Source: an uncultured delta proteobacterium (lineage in GTDB: Bacteria; Myxococcota; UBA727; VGSZ01). From it: DNA of 64,000 bases. The translations under genes and the position numbers were made by a program. The notes beneath the pieces were generated by a model. It saw nothing but the letters and a program-made list of their open reading frames with translations. It made no database searches and had not been told where the DNA came from. Shown here one piece after another: positions 18,588 to 27,700 of this stretch (position 1 is its first letter; every line of letters starts with the position of its first letter). The stretch covers positions 1,216,001 through 1,280,000 of the forward strand of contig CAVZJB010000016.1 in assembly GCA_963775425.1 (NCBI GenBank). The letters run 5' to 3'.

Positions 18588-19091
18588 ATGACGACTCGAC
18601 GAAACTTCCTGATGATCGTGGGTGCGGGCGCGAGCGCGATGTCCGTCGTGGGCATCGCCGGGGCGTGCGGCCCGCCGGGCCCGTCCATCGGCGAGGGCGA
18701 AGGCGAGGGAGAGGGAGAAGGCGAAGGAGAGGGCGAGGGCGATCCCCCGCCCGTCGGCCTCGACGTCGGCTCCGTCGCCGACATCAACGTCGGCCAGGTG
18801 AAGCAGATCTTCGGGCACGCGCTGCTCCTCGGGCGCGACACCGGCGGCATCTACGCCATGAGCGCCATCTGCACGCACGCCGGCTGTGACATGAGCGGCT
18901 TCGCGGGGACCGTGCAGCAGAGCGGCTCCGTCCGCTGCAACTGCCACGGCTCCGTCTTCTCGGCGAACGGCGACGCGATCGTCGGGCCCGCGCACATCGC
19001 GCTCAGGCACTTCGCCGTCACCGTGGCCAACGGCGAGATCTTCGTCGACACCAACAACACGGTTGCACAGAGCACGCGCGCGGCCGTCTAG
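18588..19091 (+). CDS. Tat-exported Rieske [2Fe-2S] lipoprotein with (GE)8 linker
   Basis: TRRNFL twin-arginine motif, AGAC lipobox, CTHAGC and CNCHGSVF Rieske boxes. Confidence 0.88.
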   Translation: MTTRRNFLMIVGAGASAMSVVGIAGACGPPGPSIGEGEGEGEGEGEGEGEGDPPPVGLDVGSVADINVGQVKQIFGHALLLGRDTGGIYAMSAICTHAGCDMSGFAGTVQQSGSVRCNCHGSVFSANGDAIVGPAHIALRHFAVTVANGEIFVDTNNTVAQSTRAAV

Positions 19092-19366
19092 CGGATACAG
19101 GCGGCGCCTTCGCCGATGCGGCGCGCCAGCAGCCGCCGCAGATCCCGGCGCATCATGCGGACGACGTCGTCGGCGACGACGCGGCCGGTGCGGCGCTCGA
19201 TCCACGCGCACGCCAGGGCGACGGCGTCCTCGCAGGCGCGCGCGTTCACGCGATTGCCGTCGAGGCGCGACGTGAGGAAGTGCGCGACGCCGAAACGGTC
19301 GACGAGGATGCCGAGGAGCCGGCGCGCCCGGCGAACGTGATCGAGATCGGTGCACGCGGCGTCCAT
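19088..19366 (-). CDS. Hypothetical protein
   Basis: 92-aa ORF with GC-rich third positions filling the gap between two + strand genes. Confidence 0.45.
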   Translation of the reverse strand: MDAACTDLDHVRRARRLLGILVDRFGVAHFLTSRLDGNRVNARACEDAVALACAWIERRTGRVVADDVVRMMRRDLRRLLARRIGEGAACIR

Positions 19367-19458
19367 GCCGGCGATCTTCCACGCGGACCGGCGGCGGTTC
19401 CATTTTTCGGCCGATCGTCGACGCAAGGACGCGAGACGCGCCGGAGTACGATGGCTCC

Positions 19459-20376
19459 ATGGAGCGCCTCGGGCCCTACAACGTGCTCGGCCGCATCGGC
19501 ACCGGCGGCAGCGCCGACCTCCTGCTTGCGCTCCCCGTGCACGCCGGGCCGCGCGTCGTGCTGAAGAAGCTGCACGCGCACCTCGCCGACAACGAGGACT
19601 ACGTGCGCATGTTCCGCGCGGAGGCGCGGGTGATGTCGCTGCTGCGACACCAAAACGTGGTGCGCGTCGTCGACGACGGCGCCGCGGTCGACGACGACGG
19701 AGCGATCTTCTTCGCGATGGAGCTCGTGGACGGGCCGAACCTCGCGGCGGTGCACCGGCTCCTGATGGCGCGCGGCGACGTCTGCCCCCCGGCGGTCGCG
19801 GTCGCCGTCGCCGCGCGCGTCGCCGCCGGCCTCGACTTCGTCCACCGGGCGCTCGACCCGACCACGGGCGAGCCCTTGTCGCTCGTGCATCGGGACGTGG
19901 CGCCGTCGAACATCCTCGTATCGCGCGACGGAGACGTGAAGCTCACCGACTTCGGCGTCGTGAAGCTGCCGAGGCGTGGCGAGGGGTTCCTGTCGTCGGC
20001 GTCGACGGCGGGGGGCGTGCTCAAAGGCCACCTCGCCACGATGTCGCCCGAACAGCTCCGCGGCGGCGTCGTCGACGCGCGCACCGACCTGTACGCGCTG
20101 GGCGTGGTGCTGTGGGAGGCGCTCGCGGGGCGGCGCATGTTCGAGGGGACGCCGCTCGAGCTCGTCGACCGCATCGTGAACGAGGTGCCCCCGGCGCTCG
20201 ACGGCGTCGATCCCGATCTGGCGGCGCTGGTGGCGAGCATGCTCGCGAAGGATCCGGCGGCGCGGCCGGAGAGCGCCGCCGTGGTGCGGGACGCGCTTGG
20301 CGCGCTCCGCCCCGCGAACGCCGGCGAGGTGGCGAACGTCATTCGCTCGCTCAAGGTCCCGTCGCTCCGCGCGTGA
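19459..20376 (+). CDS. Ser/Thr protein kinase (catalytic domain only)
   Basis: IGTGGS, VVLKK, HRDVAPSN, DFG, MSPEQ, DLYALG. Confidence 0.88.
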   Translation: MERLGPYNVLGRIGTGGSADLLLALPVHAGPRVVLKKLHAHLADNEDYVRMFRAEARVMSLLRHQNVVRVVDDGAAVDDDGAIFFAMELVDGPNLAAVHRLLMARGDVCPPAVAVAVAARVAAGLDFVHRALDPTTGEPLSLVHRDVAPSNILVSRDGDVKLTDFGVVKLPRRGEGFLSSASTAGGVLKGHLATMSPEQLRGGVVDARTDLYALGVVLWEALAGRRMFEGTPLELVDRIVNEVPPALDGVDPDLAALVASMLAKDPAARPESAAVVRDALGALRPANAGEVANVIRSLKVPSLRA

Positions 20377-20444
20377 GGCCCGCGTGACAACTTGCCCCCG
20401 GCCCGCCCGCGCCCCGGCGCCGGCCGGCCCGCGCTGCGGAAAGG

Positions 20445-21056
20445 GTGCGCCGGCCGTTGCGCGCGGCCGAGGCGGTTGCGATGCTCGGGCAGCCCATGCG
20501 CGCCGCCCGATCGCCCGAGGCCGCCTTCACTTCGCTGCTCGCAGGAGCGCGCGGAAAGAGCGTCAGCGTCGTCGACGCAAAGAGAGCCATCGACGCGCTC
20601 GCGCCGCTCGCCCCCGAGGAGCGCGCCGCCGTCGTCGACCGCTTCCTCGCGTCGTCGGGAGCGCGGGCGCTGTCGAGCGCCGCGCGCGACGCGCTCATCG
20701 AGGTCGGCGCGCCCTCGCCCGAAGAGCGCTTCGACGTCGCCGTCGAGCAGGCGGGCAAGGTGAAGGGCCGCATCACCAAGGGCGAGATCGAGCGCGCCCT
20801 GCGCCTGCTCGGTCCTGCCGGGACGTGGTCGGGCGGCGTCGTCGCGCGCGCGTTCCTCGAGGGCGAGCGCGCGGCGCGGCTCTCGCCGGGTGCACGTGCG
20901 GCCGTCGAGGCCTACGCCGCCGCCGGCGTCGCCGACGTGTTTCGCGCGGTCTTCGGCCAAGCGCTCAAGTCCAGGGACAAGGTGGTCGAAGCTCTGCTCG
21001 ACCGCATCCGAGACAACGCTCCTTTTCACGCCACGGCCGACGCCGTCCGCGACTGA
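20445..21056 (+). CDS. Hypothetical alpha-helical protein (start uncertain)
   Basis: ORF with normal codon pattern between the kinase and the deiminase. Confidence 0.5.
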   Translation: MRRPLRAAEAVAMLGQPMRAARSPEAAFTSLLAGARGKSVSVVDAKRAIDALAPLAPEERAAVVDRFLASSGARALSSAARDALIEVGAPSPEERFDVAVEQAGKVKGRITKGEIERALRLLGPAGTWSGGVVARAFLEGERAARLSPGARAAVEAYAAAGVADVFRAVFGQALKSRDKVVEALLDRIRDNAPFHATADAVRD

Positions 21057-21112
21057 CCCCCACACAGCCCCCTCCCCACTCCCGCCTCGCGCAGCCTCCG
21101 ACGGAGGACTCC

Positions 21113-22300
21113 TTGGATTGCCTCATCTTCCTCGCCACCGCGCTCGCGTCCACCTCGCCGGACGAGGTCTGTTGTGCAGAGCCCCCGTGCTCGGTCGAGC
21201 CCGGCGTCGTCGTCGCGCGCGGCCACGACCATGGCCGTCGGCTGCGCTCGGACTTCGAGACGCCCGACGCGCTCCTCGTCGCCGCCACCTCCGAGTGGCC
21301 CACCTCGCTGGCCGCGCTGCTCGCCGCCATCGACGGGCGCGTCCCCACCATCCTCCTCGATGAGAGCGACGACGACGGCGAGGTCGCGGTGTGGCCCGAG
21401 GCCGACGCCGACGTCGTCCTCGTGTCCATGCGCTTCGACAGCGGCTGGGTGCGCGACTACGGCCCGCTCCAGGTGCACACCAGGAAGGGCGTCGAGTGGC
21501 TCGACGCCGGGTACTACACCGACCGCCCCGACGACGACGAGGTCCCGCGGCGCCTGGCCCCGGAGCTCGACGCGGGCGTCTCACGCCTCCCGCTCGCCCT
21601 CGAGGGCGGCGGCATCATCAGCAACGGCCGCGGCCTGTGCGCCTCCACCACCATGAGCGTCGAGCGCGCCGAGATCGACATCGACGACCACGCCTACCTC
21701 GACAAGCTGCTCGACACGCTCGGCTGCCGCGTCTGGGCGCTGGTGCCACCCATCTACAGTGACTCCACCGGCCACGTGGACATGATGGCGCAGTTCGTCT
21801 CCGCCAACCGCGTCGTCGTCTCGAGCCTCGACGCCGGCCGGTTCCCCGACGAGGCCAAGGCCCTCGACGGCGCCGTCACCGTCCTCGAAGCCGGCGCGCG
21901 CGCGCTCGGGCAGAAGCTCGAGGTGCGCCGCGTGCCGACCGTCATCGACGCCGGCGGCCACATGCTCACCTACGTGAACGGCACCCGGATCTCCGGCGCC
22001 TTCCTCGTGCCGTCGTACACGCACGCGCCGCGGGCGCTCCAGCAACGTGCGTACCGCACGCTCAAGGCCGCCCTCGGTGGCTTGACGCTCCTGCCCGTCG
22101 CCGCCGACGAGCTCATCGACCTCGGCGGCGCCGTCCACTGCGCCACCCTCGGCATCACCCTGCCGCCTCCCCGCGTCGCGTCCGCGGCGGGTGCCCGGCC
22201 GCGCCGGGTGGGCGCCGCCGCGCACACGACGGGGCCGGCGGCGGCGACCACGCGCAGCCGCCTGCAACGCATCAGCGGCCGCGTGCGCGCCGTGCGCTGA
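21113..22300 (+). CDS. Agmatine deiminase / Porphyromonas-type peptidylarginine deiminase family
   Basis: WVRDYGP, LEGGGIISNG, TGHVD, TYVN, GGAVHCAT (catalytic Cys); TTG start after GGAGG. Confidence 0.85.
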   Translation: MDCLIFLATALASTSPDEVCCAEPPCSVEPGVVVARGHDHGRRLRSDFETPDALLVAATSEWPTSLAALLAAIDGRVPTILLDESDDDGEVAVWPEADADVVLVSMRFDSGWVRDYGPLQVHTRKGVEWLDAGYYTDRPDDDEVPRRLAPELDAGVSRLPLALEGGGIISNGRGLCASTTMSVERAEIDIDDHAYLDKLLDTLGCRVWALVPPIYSDSTGHVDMMAQFVSANRVVVSSLDAGRFPDEAKALDGAVTVLEAGARALGQKLEVRRVPTVIDAGGHMLTYVNGTRISGAFLVPSYTHAPRALQQRAYRTLKAALGGLTLLPVAADELIDLGGAVHCATLGITLPPPRVASAAGARPRRVGAAAHTTGPAAATTRSRLQRISGRVRAVR

Positions 22301-22310
22301 TCTCGCTCGG

Positions 22311-24707
22311 CTATCGGCGCACGGTGATCACGGCGGGAGCCGACGCCTCCGCGCGGCGCGCGAACACCGCCTGGATGACGTGCTTGCCCGGGGTCAGCGT
22401 CCAGCGCACCTCGTGGGGGTAGCCCACCTCTGCCACCGGGCTCCCGTCGACGAGGAAGACCACGTCTTCGCTCCGCGGTTCCACGTCGGCGCGGAGGCGG
22501 ATGGTGGCGAACTCGGCGGGCGTGTCCGGATCCCACGTGTACTTCACGCCGCTGCGCGGCTCGACGAGCGCCACCGCCACGTCGTCCGTGAGCTTCGGGT
22601 GGCCGCCGCACAGCGGGCTCTCGTCCTCGGGCAACACCTCCATGTGCTGCTCGCGCGCCCACGGCGCGTAGGCCTCGTCGAGCTTGACGAAGGGCCGCTC
22701 CACGACGACGCCGGCCGGGCAACGCGACGTGGCCAACAGGCCGTTTCGCCGGTCGACGCGGGCGCGCACGTGCATGTCGCAGCGCTCGAACGGCTCCGTG
22801 CCCGGGCGAAAGCGCTCGACCTTCTTGTGCGGGCAGTCGGGGCCGGCGAGCTTGCCCGACAGCGCGCACACCGTGCGCGCGCGCCAGCTCGGCGGCGCGT
22901 CGAACCTCTCGGCCACGCTCTTGTACGGCGCCCGCAGCGGCATCACCGCGTCCATGATCGCGTGCGCCGCCGCCGCCGCCCCCGAGAAGCCGCCGAGGTG
23001 GTTCATGCGGCGCCAGTCGTGGTTGCCCACCCAGACCACGACGACGAGGCGGTCGCTCACCGCCGCGGTCCAGGCGTCGCGGTAGCCCTGGCTGGTGCCG
23101 GTCTTTGTTGCCACGGCGTACTCGTATTCGAGCACCGATCCCTGGGGAAAGCTCGGCCGCCGCGCGGCGTCGTCGGAGAGGATGTTTCGCACCATCGCCG
23201 CCGTGTCTGGCTCGAGGAGCCGCACCGGCGGCGCCGGCGGCGCGTCGACGAAGAAGCGCAGCGGCCGGTAGCTGCCGTCGTCGCCCAGGGCGCGATAGAG
23301 GCCGGCGAGCTCCAGCGGCGTGGTCTGCAGGTTGCCGATGGCGAGGCCGAGCCCGTAGCGGCCCGGCTCGAACGAGACGTCCTTCACCCCGCCCTTGTCG
23401 AACAGCGCGAGCGCCGGCTCCACGCCGACGTCCTGCAGCACGCGCAGCGCGGGGATGTTGCGCGAGTTGGCGAGGGCCTCACGCAGGAGCATGGGCCCGA
23501 GGAACGCGAGGTTGATGTTCTTGGGCAGATACGAACGGCCGCCGTCGGTGACGAAGTCCATGGGCGTGTCCGGGACGGCGGTGGCGGCGGTGAAGCGCCC
23601 GCTCTCGAGCGCGAGCCCGTAGATGAACGGCTTGAGCGTGGAGCCCGGGCTGCGCTTGACGTCGAGGAAGTCGATGGCGCCGTGGGCCGCCTTGTCGAAG
23701 TAGTCGGCGGAGCCGACGTAGGCGAGCACGTCGGCGCTGCGGAGGTCGAGGACGACGGCGGCGGTGTTGGTGGCCCCCCGCACGCGAACGCGCTCGAGGT
23801 TCTCCTCGACGACGGCGGCCACCTTCTCCTGGATCTCGAGGTCGAGGGTGGCCTGCTGGATGGTCTCGTCGCGCTTCGCGGCGCGCTTGGCCCACGCGAG
23901 CGCGGCGTGGATGGCCTCGGGCGCCCGCTGCCGGCGGTCGACGATGCCGAGGTCGCTCTTGAGGGCGATGTCGAGGTCGTCCTCGTTGATGAGCCCGCGG
24001 GCGCGAAGGGTGCGCAGGATGCGGCGGGCGCGCTTCAGCCCGCGCGCGCGCCCCTGGTCGTCCCACGGGCTCATGCGCGCGGGCGCCTGCGGCAGCGCGG
24101 CGAGGTAGGCGGCCTGGAGCCAGGAGAGGTCCTCGACGGGCTTGTCGAAGTAGGCGCGGGCGGCGCGGGCGGCGCCGTGCACGCGGTTGCCGTACGGGGC
24201 CAGCGTCAGGTACTGGCGCAGGACCTCGTCGTGGCCGTAGTGGTCGACGAGGATCTCGGCCTCCACCGCCTCCTGCAGCTTGGCGAGGAGCGACCGTGAG
24301 CGACCGCTCTGCATGCGCGCCACCTGCATGGCGATGGTGGAGGCGCCGGAAACCACCCGGCGGGCGCGCAGGTTCTGGAGCACGGCGCGGCCGACGGACT
24401 TCAGTCGTACACCTTCATGGTCATAGAAGTGTCGATCCTCGGTCTCCCGCGTGGCCACCGCCATGCGCTCGGGAAGCATATACGGCACGGGCCACCAGCC
24501 GAAGCAATCGTCGTCGCCGGGGACCTCGCCGATCTCCTCACCGTGCCGATCGACGATGAGCTTGGAGGGCCCCCGCTCCACGAGCCGGGTCTGGAGCGAC
24601 GCGGCGAAGCTCACTCCGACAATCACCCAAGTAGCAAAGCCACCGACGAGCGCCCCGACCGCCGCGCGCCGATGCCAGTACCGCGGGGGAGCGGCGGCGT
24701 CGTTCAT
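22311..24707 (-). CDS. pbpC: Penicillin-binding protein 1C
   Basis: TEDRHF and GASTIAMQVAR (transglycosylase); STLK, SRN, KTGT (transpeptidase); C-terminal beta domain; coupled to the A2M gene. Confidence 0.9.
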   Translation of the reverse strand: MNDAAAPPRYWHRRAAVGALVGGFATWVIVGVSFAASLQTRLVERGPSKLIVDRHGEEIGEVPGDDDCFGWWPVPYMLPERMAVATRETEDRHFYDHEGVRLKSVGRAVLQNLRARRVVSGASTIAMQVARMQSGRSRSLLAKLQEAVEAEILVDHYGHDEVLRQYLTLAPYGNRVHGAARAARAYFDKPVEDLSWLQAAYLAALPQAPARMSPWDDQGRARGLKRARRILRTLRARGLINEDDLDIALKSDLGIVDRRQRAPEAIHAALAWAKRAAKRDETIQQATLDLEIQEKVAAVVEENLERVRVRGATNTAAVVLDLRSADVLAYVGSADYFDKAAHGAIDFLDVKRSPGSTLKPFIYGLALESGRFTAATAVPDTPMDFVTDGGRSYLPKNINLAFLGPMLLREALANSRNIPALRVLQDVGVEPALALFDKGGVKDVSFEPGRYGLGLAIGNLQTTPLELAGLYRALGDDGSYRPLRFFVDAPPAPPVRLLEPDTAAMVRNILSDDAARRPSFPQGSVLEYEYAVATKTGTSQGYRDAWTAAVSDRLVVVVWVGNHDWRRMNHLGGFSGAAAAAHAIMDAVMPLRAPYKSVAERFDAPPSWRARTVCALSGKLAGPDCPHKKVERFRPGTEPFERCDMHVRARVDRRNGLLATSRCPAGVVVERPFVKLDEAYAPWAREQHMEVLPEDESPLCGGHPKLTDDVAVALVEPRSGVKYTWDPDTPAEFATIRLRADVEPRSEDVVFLVDGSPVAEVGYPHEVRWTLTPGKHVIQAVFARRAEASAPAVITVRR

Positions 24708-27700
24708 TTGGCGTCGGCCGCCGGGGTGATGATCACGCGCATGCCGTCGCCGCGGCCGCGCACGGTGTCGTCGTACATGAGCTCCGCGAGCGCCGGCGGG
24801 TGGACGTAGGAGCCGGGCGTCGTCGCCTTCACGCGGAAGTGGAAGCTGAACGTCCCGCGCGGCAGCGAACGGAAGTAGTAACGGACCTCGCTGTCGAGCC
24901 GCTCGACGTACGTGGGCGTGATGCTGTCGTGCTCCGACGGCACCGCCTCCGACGACGACGTCTTCAGGGCCGGGTTCAAGGGCTCGAAGCCCGCGGCGAA
25001 CGGCACCGTGAACGCCACGTTGGACCGGGCCTTGTCCGAGGTCACGGTCGCGTGGATCTCGACGACGTCGCCGACGGCGAGCGTGCGCTCGGCGGCCCGC
25101 TTGTCCTCGAGCCGCACGGGCTCGCCGCCGCCCTTCTTCAGCACCGTCATCGCGCGCTGCACGATGAAGCCGTTCTTGAGCGCGCCCACGCGGTCACCGA
25201 GGGCCGCCGGCAGCCAGGTGCGCTTCACCCGCGCCTGCACTGGGTTCCCCGTCACCGTCACCGTGAGCGGCCCGTCCTCCGCCACGCTCGCGCGCGCCGC
25301 CTTGATGCGGTCGTCGAGCGCGAGTTCCACCCGGCGTCGCTTGCCGGCGTCGACGACGATCACCTTGGCGGGCTCGCGGCCCGGGCGCGCCTCCTTCAGG
25401 TACGTGACGATCGCGTCCACCGCGCGCCGGTTGTCGTAGGTGGAGCCGAAGCCGCGCATGCCGTTGGACTGCCGCAGCAGCCCGTCGAACAGCAACGGCA
25501 GGTCACCGTTTTCCGGGTCGAGCTCCGACAGGCCCTGCACCACGCCCGCCAGCGTCGACGTCGGCGAGCCCAGGATGAGGCCACCCCAGTCGACGCGCGG
25601 ATCCGAGAGCCCGACGTACACGCGCTTTCCGTGATCGAGCTTGAACACCACCGAGCCCCACAGCTCGTCGCGCGCCTTCTTCAGGTCGGCGTCGAACACC
25701 GACCGCATGCGCAACATCGCCAGAGCCAGCTCCGTTCGGCTCGTGAGGTCCATGTCGCGCCGCGTACGAAACAGGTCGGTGAGGTAGTGCTCGTCGTGCT
25801 CGCCGATGACGAACAGCGAGCGCAGCGCCGCGGTCTGCTCGTTGTAGCGGTAGCCGCTGATGAAGCCGGGGTAGTCGGAGCGCAGCGCGCGTTTGAGCGC
25901 CTCCACCGCGCGTGCCTTGACCTTGTCGTCGAGGTGAAGGCCGATGCCCTCCGCCATGCTCACGAAGGCGAGCGCGTCCGCGGTGAGCTGCACGTCGCCG
26001 ACGGTCCCCGGCCAATAGGCGAACCGCCCGTCGTCGTCCTGGAAGGCGGGCATCTCCTCGAGGAGCCGCTTGACGTTGTCCTTGATGGCGCCCGCCTCAC
26101 CGAAGCCGCCGAGCACGGCGCCGAGCTGGCCGAGGGCGAGCTGCGGCGCCAGCCGCGACAGCTTCTGCTCGAGGCAGCCATGGGGGTACTCCTCCGTGTA
26201 TTCGAGCGCGCCCACCGCCTCGAGGAGCCCGCGCACCGTGGTGGCCACCACCTCCTGCCGCACGGTCCCCGGCCGCGGCGGCTCCGGCAGCGCCGGCAGC
26301 GCGCGCGTGCCCGTTGGCCAGCTCTCCATGGTCGCCATGCTCTCGTATTGGCGATCGGGCAGCACCGGGATGCTCACCTCGAACGCGTCGCCGACGCCGT
26401 CGCTCTTTCTGTACACGTCGACCTTGACCTTGAGCGCCTCGGGGCCGGGCCCGTTTTTGATCTCCATCGGGAAAATCACGCTCTGGGCCTTGTTCTTCGC
26501 GAGCTTCACGTCGCGGGAGCGCTTGCGCAGGTCCACGGGGCCCGACATCTCGAGCTTCACGACGCCGGGGCCGTCCTTGCCCTCGACGACGCGCGCGACC
26601 GCGCCGCCCTCGATGGTGTCCCCGCGCCGCACGAAGCGGGGCAACTGCGGCTGCACCAGCACCGGCAGGCGCACGCGGATCTTCGACTCCCAGTTCCCGA
26701 ACCGCTCGACGCCGCTCGCCGCCACCGCGCGCACCTTGAAGTTGGTGAGGTCGTCGGAGAGCTTCACCGGCACCGTGAGCTTGCCGCTGGCGGGCACCTG
26801 CAGCGTGGCCGCGTAGTACGGCACCGTCTGGAAGTTCTTGCGCACCCTGCGGTGCGGAGCCCCCTCGCCCTCCTCCTCCGCCTGCTTCTCGTCGGCGCCG
26901 TCGCCTCCCGGCGCCTCCTCGACGAGGAGGCGGCCGACCACCTCGTTGCGCGTGTCGCTCACGGAGGTCTTTCGCTCGTTCCTGACGATGAAGCTCGAGA
27001 GCGGATCGAGCGTGCCCTCGGGGGCAAGCGCGAGCACCGCCTCGTCCACCAGCCACAGGGTCACCTCGCCGGCCAGCGGCGCCCCGCGGTCGTCCTTAAG
27101 CGTGATGCCGAAGTCGACGGTCTGTCCCGGGCGCGCGGTCTCCGGGTGCTTCACCACCACCTCCACGGTGTTCTTCACCGGCTCCACCGGCAGGTCGATG
27201 GACGCCGCCATGGTCTCCGGCCGATAGGGCGCGTCGTCGCCGCCGGCCGAAGGCTCGCCGAGGCGGGGCCGCATGAGCACCACGTGCACCGGGAGGTTCG
27301 GCACGTGCTCGCGGGCGATGGGGACGTCGACGGTGGCGTTGCCGCCGTCGACGTCGAGGAAGCGGTAGCGGTTGCCCGCCGGCTCCTCCACGATCACCAG
27401 CGCCTTGGCGTGGGTGAACGGCGACTTGACCACCACGTGGGCGACGTCGCCGGGCGCGTACTTCTTGGGCTCGGCCTTGTCGGGCACGAGCTCGAACACG
27501 CCGGCCTCGCCCTTTTGCCACGCCACCGGCTGCTTGCCGCCGACGTAGAGATCGGCCGACAACGTCTGCACCCGGCCGAGCTTGTCGCGCGCCGACAGCT
27601 CCACCACGTACACGCCGGCCTCCGCCACGGGCAGCTTGGCCTTCATGACGTCGGCGGCGGTGACGACGTCGATCTCGGCGATCTTGTCGTCCTCCTGCTC

